A stretch of 64,000 nt of DNA, taken from positions 372,124,001-372,188,000 of the forward strand of contig OZ024741.1 of the NCBI GenBank assembly GCA_964016885.1. Reading direction: 5' to 3'. The notes under the pieces are model-generated. The model did no database searches. It was not told where the DNA came from and saw only the letters and a program-made list of their open reading frames with translations. Origin of the DNA: Eledone cirrhosa (taxonomy: Eukaryota). Shown piece after piece: positions 24,521 through 38,159 of the stretch (position 1 is the stretch's first letter; each line of letters starts with the position of its first letter). Position numbers and translations under genes: made by a program.

Positions 24521-27500
24521 AGATAGCCCAGCATGTTACTGAAGGGACCCTGACTAGACAGCCCAGCATGTACTGTGGGGACCCTGACTAGACAGCCCAG
24601 CATGTACTGTGGGGACCCTGACCAGACAGCCCAGCATGTACTGTGGGGACCCTGACTAGACAGCCCAGCATGTACTGTGGGGACCCTGACTAGACAGCCC
24701 AGCATGTTACTGAAGGGACCCTGACTAGACAGCCCAGCATGTACTGTGGGGACCCTGACTAGACAGCCCAGCATGTACTGTGGGGACCCTGACTAGACAG
24801 CCCAGCATGTTACTGAAGGGACCCTGACTAGACAGCCCAGCATGTACTGTGGGGACCCTGACTAGACAGCCCAGCATGTACTGTGGGGACCCTGACCAGA
24901 CAGCCCAGCATGTGACTGAAGGAACCCTGACTAGACAGCCCAGCATGTTACTGTGGGGACCCTGACTAGACAGCCCAGCATGTACTGTGGGGACTCTGAC
25001 TAGACAGCCCAGCATGTACTGTAGGGACCCTGACTAGACAGCCCAGCATGTACTGTGGGGACCCTGACCAGACAGCCCAGCATGTGACTGAAGGAACCCT
25101 GACTAGACAGCCCAGCATGTTACTGTGGGGACCCTGACTAGACAGCCCAGCATGTACTGTGGGGACCCTGACTAGACAGCCCAGCATGTGACTGAAGGAA
25201 CCCTGACCAGACAGCCCAGCATGTACTGTGGGGACCCTGACTAGACAGCCCAGCATGTACTGTGGGGACCCTGACTAGACAGCCCAGCATGTGACTGAAG
25301 GAACCCTGACTAGACAGCCCAGCATGTTACTGTGGGGACCCTCACTAGACAGCTCAGCATGTACTGTAGGGACCCTGACCTGACAGCCCAGCATGTGACT
25401 GTGGGGACCCTGACTAGACAGCCCAGCATGTACTGTGGGGACCCTCACTAGACAGCCCAGCATGTACTGTGGGGACCCTGACTAGACAGCCCAGCATGTA
25501 CTGTGGAGACCCTGACCAGACAGCCCAGCATGTACTGTGGGGACCCTGACTAGACAGCCCAGCATGTACTGTGGGGACCCTGACTAGACAGCCCAGCATG
25601 TACTGTGGGGACCCTGACTAGACAGCCCAGCATGTACTGTGGGGACCCTGACCAGACAGCCCAGCATGTGACTGTGGGGACCCTGACTAGACAGCCCAGC
25701 ATGTACTGTGGGGACCCTGACCAGACAGCCCAGCATGTACTGTGGGGACCCTGACTAGACAGCCCAGCATGTGACTGTGGGGACCCTGACTAGACAGCCC
25801 AGCATGTGACTGTGGGGACCCTGACCAGACAGCCCAGCATGTGACTGTGGGGACCCTGACTAGACAGCCCAGCATGTACTGTGGGGACCCTCACTAGACA
25901 GCCCAGCATGTGACTGTGGGGACCCTGACTAGACAGCCCAGCATGTACTGTGGGGACCCTGACCAGACAGCCCAGCATGTACTGTGGGGACCCTGACTAG
26001 ACAGCCCAGCATGTGACTGTGGGGACCCTGACTAGACAGCCCAGCATGTGACTGTGGGGACCCTGACCAGACAGCCCAGCATGTGACTGTGGGGACCCTG
26101 ACTAGACAGACCAGCATGTACTGTGGGGACCCTCACTAGACAGCCCAGCATGTACTGTGGGGACCCTGACTAGACAGCCCAGCATGTACTGTGGGGACCC
26201 TGACTAGACAGCCCAGCATGTACTGTGGGGACCCTGACCAGACAGCCTAGCATGTGACTGTGGGGACCCTGACTAGACAGCCCAGCATGTACTGTGGGGA
26301 CCCTGACCAGACAGCCCAGCATGTACTGTGGGGACCCTGACTAGACAGCCCAGCATGTACTGTGGGGACCCTCACTAGACAGCCCAGCATGTACTGTGGG
26401 GACCCTGACTAGACAGCCCAGCATGTACTGTGGGGACCCTGACTAGACAGCCCAGCATGTACTGTGGGGACCCTGACCAGACAGCCCAGCATGTGACTGA
26501 AGGAACCCTGACTAGACAGCCCAGCATGTACTGTGGGGACCCTGACTAGACAGCCCAGCATGTACTGTGGGGACCCTGACCAGACAGCCCAGCATGTACT
26601 GTGGGGACCCTCACTAGACAGCCCAGCATGTACTGTGGGGACCCTGACCTGACAGCCCAGCATGTGACTGTGGGGACCCTGACCAGACAGCCCAGCATGT
26701 ACTGTGGGGACCCTCACTAGACAGCCCAGCATGTACTGTGGGGACCCTGACCAGACAGCCCAGCATGTGACTGTGGGGACCCTGACCAGACAGCCCAGCA
26801 TGTACTGTGGGGACCCTGACTAGACAGCCCAGCATGTACTGTGGGGACCCTGACCTGACAGCCCAGCATGTGACTGTGGGGACCCTGACTAGACAGCCCA
26901 GCATGTACTGTGGGGACCCTGACTAGACAGCCCAGCATGTACTGTGGGGACCCTGACTAGACAGCCAAGCATGTCACTGTGGGGACCCTGACCTGACAGC
27001 CCAGCATGTGAGTGTGGGGACCCTGACTAGACAGCCCAGCATGTACTGTGGGGACCCTGACCAGACAGCCCAGCATGTACTGTGGGGACCCTGACTAGAC
27101 AGCCCAGCATGTACTGTGGGGACCCTGACCAGACAGCCCAGCATGTACTGTGGGGACCCTGACTAGACAGCCCAGCATGTACTGTGGGGACCCTGACCAG
27201 ACAGCCCAGCATGTACTGTGGGGACCCTGACTAGACAGCCCAGCATGTACTGTGGGGACCCTGACTAGACAGCCCAGCATGTACTGTGGGGACCCTGACT
27301 AGACAGCCCAGCATGTACTGTGGGGACCCTGACCAGACAGCCCAGCATGTACTGTGGGGACCCTGACTAGACAGCCCAGCATGTGACTGAAGGAACCCTG
27401 ACTAGACAGCCCAGCATGTTACTGTGGGGACCCTCACTAGACAGCTCAGCATGTACTGTAGGGACCCTGACCTGACAGCCCAGCATGTGACTGTGGGGAC

Positions 27501-27686
27501 CCTGACTAGACAGCCCAGCATGTACTGTGGGGACCCTGACTAGACAGCCAAGCATGTCACTGTGGGGACCCTGACCTGACAGCCCAGCATGTGAGTGTGG
27601 GGACCCTGCCTAAACAGCCAAGATGTGACTGTGGGGACCCTGACTAGACAGCTCAACATGTGGCTGTGGAGACCCTGACCATACAG
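24521..27686. repeat. GC-rich minisatellite, 34/35-bp unit, about 90 copies
   Basis: Unit AGACAGCCCAGCATGTACTGTGGGGACCCTGACT, with recurring variants and degenerate ends. Confidence 0.97.
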
Positions 27687-29039
27687 TGCTGTATGTCATT
27701 CTGGATTGCTCCCACAGACGTTTTCTAGGTGTCCTGGAAGCAATCAATAATACTACAAATGACACCTTAGTCTGGCTCTCCAATATCGATCTGTCTCTTT
27801 ACCCATTGTGTATATGTCATACGACAAGACGAAGACTGACACTATTAGTCTTTCTAACTCAGAAGGGAGGAAAAGTGGCAGTAAACTTGTAGATTAAGTG
27901 AGCTCTGAGATAAATATAGTTATCTTGTGTACCTAATATAAATGGGATTGACATGTGTGTAATGTGAGAAGTTAACTAAATAACTAGAATAACATAGAAT
28001 ACTATGTTTGTTTCATTATGAGGGAAAGTATTCCATACAATAAATAATAGTAATCAGTGGGTGTTGTAAAAAATACAAAGGTTAGAAAATGGAATGTTCA
28101 GAATTGAGGGACAGTAGCCATTCAGGGAATATCTTTCAAAACAAAATCTATCAGATTCAAAAGTGGGTATGAGGCCCGATATTGTATTGTTTTATAAATC
28201 CCACAGATGTTAAAATGACAATGACAATATATATATATATATCACATAAGAAACGGAGAATCAGTGGTGCGACGAACAAGATTTATTAGACATATTACAA
28301 TTGTTTCTCTGGTGACCAGCTTGAGGCACGATTGATGCAATGATCAAACCTGACTCTGAAATTGCAAGATCCTTAGATATGTCTCGAAGTACATATATAT
28401 AACGGTGATGAATTTGTTTTGCAAGGTTTTTGATATGAAAGTGTGTGTTGAAACAAATATTGTTATATTTGGGGAGAGTCATATTGTTATAATATTGCCA
28501 GAAATAATAATTGTTTGGTTTGGATCGGTTTTCGCTTCTATATATATTATATCCCTATACTTAATTTAGCTAGCAATCAATGTTTATCATTGATTGACCA
28601 ACAGTTAAAATATATATATATATAGTCTACATATAAAATATAGAGAGGTGAAAACCAAGCCAAACCAAACAGTGTGTTTTATTATTATTTCTGGCAATAT
28701 TATAACAATATGATACTCCCCAAATATAACAATACATATATATATATATAGCATCACCATCATCGTTTAATATCTACCTTCCACGCTAGCATGGGTTAGA
28801 TGGGAGTTGTCCCACTTGAGGCAAGATTGGTCGGGTAACCGTGTCTCGCTCATATAGGATTATCTGGCAGTTTTTCTACAGTTGGATGACCTTCCTAACA
28901 CCAACCACATTTACAATGGTCACCCGCTCAATCTGGCCTCAAGTGGGACAATTCCTGTCTAACGCATGTATGCAAAAAATTGTTAACTTTACTTCATTAA
29001 TTTTCATTCATTTCCTAGAAGAGGATGTTTTATGAACAC

Positions 29040-29612
29040 CGCTCCAATCTTGCTCAGAACATTGACCTCCTGAAAACTGTTCAGAGACGTGCAACCAAGC
29101 GATTACCTTCCATCAAGTATCTACTGTACTCTGAACGCCTCCTTGCTTCCCTGGGCATGGATGCATTGCAGCTCCGGCGTCTGGCAACTGACTTTGTAAA
29201 CACCCACAAAATTATTAACCATTTTGCCAACAACAGCCCTGAGTACCTTTTTGAATTCCATGTGTCTAACACACGTGGGCATGCCTACAAAATCAGAAAA
29301 CAGCACAGCTCCCATGATTTTCGGAAACATTTTTCATGCTCAGAGTTGCTGAAACATGGAACAAACTACCTGCATCAGTTGTTAGCTGTCGAGACACTGT
29401 ATCCTTTAAAACCGCCATGCTTCCTGAAATTTGCCAACACTACACCTAATATTCCCCCTCCATACACACGCACACATGTATATCATGACTCATACACTGT
29501 TCACTTTCCTGACATTTGTACATTATTCTATGTACTATACATGCACCCTTGATAAGTTGTAGTGCGCCTGAGCACTATACACAATAATTTCATTATTATT
29601 TTATTATTATTA
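29040..29612 (+). mobile_element. CR1-group LINE 3' end
   Basis: NIDLLKTVQRRATKRLP...SNTRGHAYK plus a 3' UTR homologous to 13640-14150; ends in (ATT)n. Confidence 0.88.
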
Positions 29613-30162
29613 TAAGAATCTATCTTCACCTTTTGTCTTATTTTCATTGTTCAAAACACACATATATATATATGACTTTGTAGCTAAAATAGAATCTTTG
29701 ATGGAATCTTATGCGATGATAGCATGATCTTGCTGGAATCATCTCTTCAAGACTGCATTGAGTTCTAACAAAATTATTGGCCCTATCATAAACAGGTAGA
29801 TACCAGTACATATATATATATTTGTATGAATGTATGTATAGTATATTTGATAATATACTGTATGTTTAGTTAAAAACATTTTGAAGACCATTTGCTATGA
29901 ATTTTAAAGTAGTGACTATGTCATTTATTTATTCTCGGCAAAAACAAAGGGGAGTAATCGACAGTCCTGTTTCTCACGCATTAGCTGCTATCTAGACTAC
30001 TTACACCTTTGCTTAATAATGACATAGTCACTACTTGAATTTTAAAATAGTGACATAGTCACTACTTTAAAATTCATAGCAAAGTTGTTGTTGCTAGTTT
30101 ACCTCTTTTAATACCAACATGCAATACCAACCTATGCAAGCATGGAAAATGGATGTTAAAGT

Positions 30163-30198
<36 letters not shown>

Positions 30199-30404
30199 GT
30201 GATGATGATGGTCAGTGTCACACACATCTGCGACAATGAAATTCCACTACTTCCATAATTTCATTATCGTGATGACTCATCAAAGATGTAATGTAGATTT
30301 TAGCAACTGCAAATTCTCTAGCCACTCATGTATTAGTGTCTGTGAAGTTGAGTCTTAGTTTTGTTCTAGAGCCCATGACAGGGAGGCACTACATTTTCAA
30401 AGGA

Positions 30405-30588
30405 AAAGTTCATAGGCTGACTATGAAGGAGTGATGCTAGTGCTGTGAAATTTTGCACACATTAATTTCAACTCTCCTTATTAATAACTGCATTGTTTCT
30501 TTCCAGGGACATTGTTGAAAAATAAACCACATTTGGTCATTCTATGAGAGTATCTTGGTCAGCCTATGAACTTTTCAGTCAACCCTGC
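30405..30588. mobile_element. Tc1/mariner-type MITE (truncated)
   Basis: AAAAGTTCATAGGCTGAC...GTCAGCCTATGAACTTTTC. Confidence 0.8.
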
Positions 30589-30654
30589 TAGTCATATTCA
30601 ATAGTAGGTGAATAGTCACAATATGTATTTTTAAGTTTTTAGAGGTTGAACAAG

Positions 30655-30704
<50 letters not shown>

Positions 30705-30707
<3 letters not shown>

Positions 30708-30872
30708 AAGATCACGAAAATCATGGGCAGAGGTGGTGAGAGCTGACCTCATATCGCTGAGGCTCACAGAGGAGATGACGAAGGACCGTTACGAATGGAG
30801 AGATGCTGTGCTGAAAAGTACCTGTCCCACCCTTGCAAGCAAGGAAAAGCAGATGTAAAATGATGATGATGT
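30705..30872 (+). mobile_element. RTE LINE 3' tip inserted at (TA)n
   Basis: RKSWAEVVRADL...EWRDAVLK followed by CCCACCCTTGCAAGC and a (GAT)n tail. Homologous to 48560-48730. Confidence 0.8.
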
Positions 30873-30881
30873 GATAAAATA

Positions 30882-30947
30882 TATTTTATTATACATATTT
30901 CAGAGGTACTGAGCTATTTCAACAGTATGTCCTCATCAGATAAAATA
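30882..30947 (-). ncRNA. Minimal hammerhead ribozyme motif
   Basis: Minus strand: TATTTTAT-CTGATGA-GG...CCTCT-GAAA-TATG-TA...ATAAAATA. Confidence 0.6.
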
Positions 30948-31791
30948 AGTTGATTCCTGACATACCTTGACTATGTTGATGGTTATAATTTAGTCATGGC
31001 AGTGATTAGTTATGACAAAACTCGATATTTATATACCTTAAGTTGAAACATGAAAAATTACATATAATATAGAGGGTGTGTATGAGAATGTGTAAAAAGA
31101 TATATAAATAACTAATAATACATAAACTTATATAACTGTTAAAAATTTAAATAATAATAATATATTCATACCTCATTATTGTAGATAGTGGAAGTGGTAG
31201 ATCAAGATAGCAAATCACGAGGAAAGAGAGAAAAAGGAGATTTGACCGTAGGAACAAGAGAAGGGAGAAATGATCAAATGATAGAGAGAGGAAAATAAGT
31301 TAAATCGTAGAAAAAAACTGAGATGTCCCACATGGGTGAAAGTATAAGGAAAAGAAATTGAAAATGCAACTGGAGTCTTTTAAGAATATTTATTTATTTA
31401 TTTTACTGGTTTCACAGTTCTTATGCTTTTCAAAAGTAAAATTGAGATGAAGGGTTTGTGTTTCTGTTGTGGTTTGTCTCGCATCTCGCATATATATATC
31501 ATCATCGTCATCATCATCCCCTTTTACGTCCATTCTTCCACGCTAGCATGGGTTAGACGGGTTGTCCTGTTGTGGGCAATGCCAGGTCGGGTGACCTTGC
31601 CTTGCTCATATGGGAACTGACTTCTACAGCTGGATGCCATTCCTAACACCAACCTCATTTACAGTGAGTATTTGGTGCTTTTTTACCGTGACACCCCCAT
31701 GATCACTTTGCAGTGGGAGGGGGTGGGGGCATATTGTCTATATGCTTCAGCTTTGGCTTGTACCCATGGGAAGTCAGGTCTTCTGTATTAC

Positions 31792-31831
<40 letters not shown>

Positions 31832-31834
<3 letters not shown>

Positions 31835-32033
31835 CGGAGGAAATGTGGTAAGGAACCAGGTGGACCATAACGCACCAAAGTACTCAATACTTAGAGTAGT
31901 AGAGTGGGTAATAGGAACGAGTAGGACCCCTACGGCTGAGCTCAAGCCGTTTCGACGGCTAATTCTGGACTAAAATTAGTCCAGAATTAGCCGTCGAAAC
32001 AGCTTGAGCTCAGCCGTCAGGGTCCTACTCGTT

Positions 32034-32038
<5 letters not shown>
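31832..32038. mobile_element. Short fold-back element in (TA)n (copy 1)
   Basis: About 80 bp of unique sequence followed by a hairpin at 31911-32038. Homologous to 32626-32820. Confidence 0.8.
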
Positions 32039-32086
<48 letters not shown>

Positions 32087-32254
32087 TAGGTAATTCCAAA
32101 GGAAAAGCAAAGGAAAAAAGAGTGCTCTATGTATAGAACAGAGCTATTTAATTAGAAAGTGAACAACACAAAATATAACTACTCCATTATCAAATCCAGA
32201 AACCTTTGGTAATGGAGTAGTTATATTTTGTGTTGTTCACTTTCTAATTAAATA

Positions 32255-32565
32255 TATAACGGAACATATATGCAAGACATGTTCACCTAACATGTCTAAC
32301 TTATGCAAACCTCCAACCGTCAAGGTTGTTTCTTCTGTGGGTATGTCAACATTTATAAAACAAATTTTGTATTTTATCTGATGAAAGCACACCAAAATTT
32401 GCCTTGGTTGCCCTTGAAATATATATAATAAAATAATTATGGTTTTATAAATATAGTTTCCATTTATTAATATAATGAATATTTACTCCACTAAACTGTT
32501 GAGTGCTTTATATTAGTTATAAAACTTTTAAGTTTGTTGAATTCCAACAAATTAAATATAGACTT

Positions 32566-32570
<5 letters not shown>
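32255..32570 (+). mobile_element. Penelope-like terminal-repeat fragment with hammerhead motif
   Basis: TATTTTAT-CTGATGA...GAAA-TATA-TA...ATAAAATA at 32370-32435. Related to 40955-41414. Confidence 0.6.
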
Positions 32571-32625
<55 letters not shown>

Positions 32626-32628
<3 letters not shown>

Positions 32629-32815
32629 CAAAGGAAATGTGGTAAGGAACCAGGTGGATCATAACGCACCAAAGTACTCAAAACTTAGGGTAGTAGAGTG
32701 GGTAATAGGAACAAGTAAGACCCCGACGGCTGAGCTCAAGCCGTTTCGACGGCTAATTCTGTACAGAATTAGCCGTCGAAATGGCTTGAGCTCAGCCGTC
32801 GGGGTCTTACTTGTT

Positions 32816-32820
<5 letters not shown>
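32626..32820. mobile_element. Short fold-back element in (TA)n (copy 2)
   Basis: Palindrome 32705-32820 centred on TGTACA, with one mismatch seen. Confidence 0.8.
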
Positions 32821-32860
<40 letters not shown>

Positions 32861-33094
32861 AGGGGGTGTAACTTGGAGTTACTGCAGGTTCACCCGGGAG
32901 AGCACTCGATGTTTAGGTTCACTTCTGTGATGAGGTGTAGAGCTATACAGAGTGTAATATATTGAAAGGATAACAAGGACGATTGGTTACTCCTTCATTG
33001 CATTTATTGGTGGGTGACGCGCGTTTCGCCACTGATCAGCGTCACCTACCAATAAATGTAATGAAGGAGTAACCAATCGTCCTTGTTATCCTTT

Positions 33095-33155
<61 letters not shown>

Positions 33156-33230
33156 AAAGGTAAACAGAAATAACAACACAATTGGTACAGTATATGGAAG
33201 GTGTATATTAGGTTAACGCTTGATGTATGT

Positions 33231-33261
<31 letters not shown>

Positions 33262-33349
33262 CACACACATATATTTGCTCTAAATTCTTTCCCCTGTTTC
33301 AGTCCTGCCCGTCTCCTCAATCTTTCTATTTCTTCTTTAATTTCTCATT

Positions 33350-33392
33350 CTATTTTCTGACGAAGGACTAGCGTCCGAAACGTTAAGACTAT
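33350..33392 (+). ncRNA. Minimal hammerhead ribozyme motif in a dispersed repeat
   Basis: CTGACGA-A-GGAC(TAGC)GTCC-GAAA-CGTTA. A decayed homologue with similar flanks lies at about 58585-58620. Confidence 0.65.
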
Positions 33393-34599
33393 TTTCCTAC
33401 TATATCGAGCGTAAAACTAATAATATATTTTTTCATTGTAGTGTCGTTTGCTTTGTTATTTCTGTTTGCCTTTTGTGGCACACACACACACAGACACACA
33501 TACATGTTTTACACAACGTTAAATTTATTTCAACGTCGAGTATTATAAACCTAAATATATTTGAATTAATGAAAATACAGCCTCCTTCACGAACAAAAGT
33601 TTAGGGATCAAATTAGAGGTCATGACATTGATTATCTGGACATACACACACACACACACATATATATATATACACACACATATATATATATAGACACATA
33701 TTCACACACACACCCACACACATATTCACCCACACATATATATTTATAACTGCAGTATTGTTAGTTTGTGGTAGTTCTGTTTTATCTTGATCCAGATTAA
33801 AGGGGTATATCTAGAAATACATTGTTTTTTTGTGGTCCTTAAAAAAAAATACGATTGAGTAATTTTGATAGAAATTTGGGTGTTATCTCTAAGAAAATTG
33901 AGCGCCTGCGAAAAGCCTCCCACTGTTTACAAATATTTTAATTTTAATTTTTTTTATTTTTCATAAATGGAAAACGAACTTAATACATTAGTTTCTTTCA
34001 AAATGTAACGCATTGTATACGTTGTATTCCATTCTGGTATGTTGTTTCACGTATATTGTATATAGCTATCTGCATCTTTACGTATTACGATTCACAATGT
34101 TTACATTTAGCCCAAAACAAAATAATCGTTTTCTCTCTCTCTCGCTCTCTTTCTCTTTTTTTTCTCTCTCTCTTCACATATAAATAGGCAAGGGAAATAA
34201 AAGTGACCTTCTGCGTTTATCATATACATTATCAAATAGGAATCGAAATCGAATCGTGAGCATGGTTTCCCTGGTCTTTCGCATCAATACAATAAGATTA
34301 ATGAATAACTAACTGACAAAAAATATTTATTTCTTATACATACACTTCACTGATCTTTAGATATTTTAAAGGAACAGAAACAAGAAATAGTGACGTTCAT
34401 TCTTTCTCAAGGGCATTAGAAACGTCAGTACCTAATGTCCTTGAAAAATTACCGACGTGACTTCATTTAACGGCTCTAACTAAGAATCGAAACCACCACA
34501 AATTATGACGCATTTGAGGACACGCCTCCTTGCAGTAGTTATAATAATAACTGTTAAAGGCGTGTAACCTTGTCATCTAACGGGAAATTAATGTTTTAG

Positions 34600-34680
34600 A
34601 GAAGCGCATGCGCCATATTATATGGCTAAGAGTAATGGGTGAAAGAAATGGGAGGGATGAAAATCTAAACTTCCGGCACT
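34600..34680 (+). promoter_or_regulatory. Putative CNNM proximal promoter motifs
   Basis: NRF1-like GCGCATGCGC (34604-34613) and ETS-like ACTTCCGG (34669-34676) just upstream of the ATG. Confidence 0.4.
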
Positions 34681-34692
34681 GGGTCAAAGAAC

Positions 34693-36035
34693 ATGGCCAC
34701 TTCGTTGTGTCACCATGGTATTCGAATGGTTCTCTTGATATTTGGCCTCCTGCACTCAACCCAACGTTGGGTGCAGGCGGTCAGCGTTGACGCAATTTTA
34801 ATTGAAGAAAATGCTGTAAAAAGGGATGAAACGGGGTCCCAAATAGTATACGATTCAATCAAACAGAAACTCCGACTAATCAGCGATGAACTTTCCGAAG
34901 ATACAGAAGTATCCTTCACGACCATGGAGAAGGAGAGGGGTTTCAGCTGCAATAGTTTGAAGCGATCTAGCGCTTACAAGGCCCACACGCCACAATCGAA
35001 TATATCAATGATAGTTGAAGTAACACTGAGTCCTCTGCTTCCCGGAGAAACCTACTATTATTTGTGTATAAGGCAACCTATAAACTCCGTTTCAGGACTA
35101 GTCAATGGGAATGATTGGGTCCACCAAGGTAGCGACGTTTGGGTTCGACTTAAAGCTGAAAAATATAAAACAACTTTGTTACCTGTATGGATCCAAGTGA
35201 TTTTGATAATCTTTCTGTTGGCCCTGTCAGGCCTTTTCAGCGGTCTGAATTTAGGATTGATGTCTTTGGATAAAACGGAATTAAAGATTATCGAACAGTC
35301 TGGTTCCAAATGTGAGAAACGTTACGCGCGGATTATACGACCAGTCAGAGAGAAAGGGAATTTTTTACTTTGTACTTTACTTTTAGGTAATGTTTTAGTG
35401 AATAACACATTGACTATCTTGATGGATGATTTGACTGGCAGTGGTGTTTTTGCCATCATATCAGCCACTGTGGGGATTGTTGTTTTCGGGGAGATAGTAC
35501 CACAAGCTATTTGTTCGCGCCATGGACTAGCTGTCGGAGCTCGCACTGTATGGATTACACGTATATTTATGATCTTAACATTTCCCCTCTCCTTCCCCGT
35601 TAGTTTGATATTGGATAAAATTCTAGGAGAAGAAATCGGCCAGGTGTACAACCGAGAAAAACTGCAGCAACTCATTAGGTTGGCGAAAGACTTGAAATGT
35701 GAAGAAGTGGACATCATCTCCGGAGCATTGGCTCTGACGAAAAAAAACAGCTAAAGATGCTATGACTAAAATGAGTGATGTTTTCATGCTGGAACTCAAC
35801 ACTATCTTAGATTTTGAGACAGTGTCTGAGGCCATGAGACAAGGTTACACTCGAATACCTGTCTATGAAAAAGACCGGGAAAATATAGTAGCTATTCTCA
35901 ACATCAAGGATTTAGCCTTAATTGATCCTGACGATAAAACCCCTCTGAGAGCGGTTTGCAAATTTTACAATCACCCCGTGTTGTTTGTTTTCGACGACCA
36001 TAAACTGGATAATATGTTACAAGATTTTAAACAAG
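34693..36035 (+). CDS. CNNM: CNNM/ACDP family metal (Mg2+) transporter, exon 1 (signal peptide, DUF21 TM domain, CBS pair); apparent 1-bp frameshift at A8 35740-35747
   Basis: [57 protein letters not shown] and [13 protein letters not shown]. Removing one A joins the two ORFs ([11 protein letters not shown]). GTAAG donor at 36036 after FKQG. The specific paralog cannot be assigned. Confidence 0.93.
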
Positions 36036-36830
36036 GTAAGTCAGTATGGAATAGACATGCATTCACACTTACACATGTACAAAATAACTTAACAATACAA
36101 ACAATCGGTTATTACAGTGGCCGTAAACAAATAACAATGTGTATATTTATCTATTTCTAGCTATTGCTAAATTTCCACGTTGCTTTCAGTCTTAAAGCTC
36201 ACTGTTTACGTGTGTGTTAGGCGAAAAAAAAAAAATAAAAGTAGACATACAAAACTAAGAAAATCTTCGTTTTATGATGGTTTTCGTCTGCTGAATTCTT
36301 CTTGTATATATGTGGTTACTTATTTGCGGAGAAAATTTGATGATGACTACTGCGCTTCCAGGCCTGTCGATATTTCTGCGTAGGGTTGTTATAATGGTTA
36401 TGTGTATATATATATAGGTGCACGAATAGAAGTGATGAACATACGATTTTGTTTACATGTGCTATCTATCTATTTATAAAGATATCTACTATATGTCTAT
36501 CAGTCTATCGTACACATGTGTATATACCATACATACTCGCGTGTAAGTTTTCTTACACACAGTGCCTATAACCCCCCCCCCCCCCCTCATTCCGAATCGG
36601 GTACATTATAAATGTATGTAAATTGAAAGTAGTATACTAAATTAAAAAATGTTATATACATATAACTTTATGTTCACTAACAGACAGACATTTATATAAT
36701 AGCAGTGTATATGTGTTTGTATGTATATAGATGAATGCGTGTAAGTGCGTAAGTATGGGTATAAGCCTCCATTTAAAATGGGTACAGGTACATTGTAAAT
36801 ATATGTAAAATGAAAGTATCTTATACACGA

Positions 36831-36879
<49 letters not shown>

Positions 36880-36974
36880 AATTCCGTCGGAAAAGTCCAG
36901 GAAAAAAGACATATATATATGAAAAGATATACATATATATATAAAAAGATATATATATATATATATATAAAAAA

Positions 36975-37045
<71 letters not shown>

Positions 37046-37070
37046 GATATATATATATATATATATATAA

Positions 37071-37187
<117 letters not shown>

Positions 37188-37257
37188 TTTTCTCTTAGGT
37201 TAATCACTACCTTGATGAAATATTAACCATTTAACATCTCAGGGTATGTCATGTATC

Positions 37258-37313
37258 ATATTTTGTCTGATGAGAACGTACTGTTGTACCTCTGAAATAT
37301 GTATAATAAAATG
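37258..37313 (+). ncRNA. Minimal hammerhead ribozyme motif
   Basis: ATTTTGT-CTGATGA-G...CTCT-GAAA-TATG-TA...ATAAAAT; same family as 30882-30947. Confidence 0.55.
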
Positions 37314-37475
37314 TAATTGATCAAAAGAACATCTATTTTATTAATATTTGTATTTTAATATTAATAACTCTGGAAAATTAATTACTGTAGAGTGCTTCCA
37401 ATCTACTGTAAAACTCATTCTTTGATGTACTCATTGAATCTTGTTTAACTCTTTTACAAATATATATATATATAT

Positions 37476-37630
37476 ATTGTAAAGTATGTTGTATACATTA
37501 ACCCTATGCTCACAAATGTGTTATGTTTATATATATATATATATATATTGTTATACTTTGGGAGGGTCATGTTGCCAATATATTGTAAAGTATGTTGTAT
37601 ACATTAACCCTATGCTCACAAATGTGTTAT

Positions 37631-37665
<35 letters not shown>

Positions 37666-37709
37666 AAAGTATGTTGTATACATTAACCCTATGCTCACAA
37701 ATGTGTTAT

Positions 37710-37746
<37 letters not shown>

Positions 37747-37790
37747 AAAGTATGTTATATACATTAACCCTATGCTCACAAATGTGTTAT

Positions 37791-37831
<41 letters not shown>

Positions 37832-37950
37832 AAAGTATGTTGTATACATTAACCCTATGCTCACAAATGTGTTATGTTTATATATATATATATATATATA
37901 TATTGTAAAGTATGTTGTATACATTAACCCTATGCTCACAAATGTGTTAT

Positions 37951-37991
<41 letters not shown>

Positions 37992-38035
37992 AAAGTATGT
38001 TGTATACATTAACCCTATGCTCACAAATGTGTTAT

Positions 38036-38069
<34 letters not shown>

Positions 38070-38109
38070 TAAAGTATGTTGTATACATTAACCCTATGCT
38101 CACAAATGT

Positions 38110-38110
<1 letters not shown>
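37476..38110. repeat. Tandem array of 8 ~52-bp units separated by variable (TA)n
   Basis: ATTGTAAAGTATGTTGTATACATTAACCCTATGCTCACAAATGTGTTATGTT plus (TA)n. Confidence 0.93.

Positions 38111-38159
<49 letters not shown>

Noticed and set aside
24481-27555. MLGCLVRVPTVHAG ORFs
   Set aside because: They come from a 34/35-bp minisatellite whose unit length is not a multiple of 3.
35741-35748. Programmed -1 frameshift at AAAAAAC in CNNM
   Set aside because: Restoring the frame needs +1, not -1; a homopolymer error is simpler.
37476-38110. CRISPR-like repeat-spacer appearance
   Set aside because: The spacers are only (TA)n, there are no cas genes, and the context is eukaryotic.
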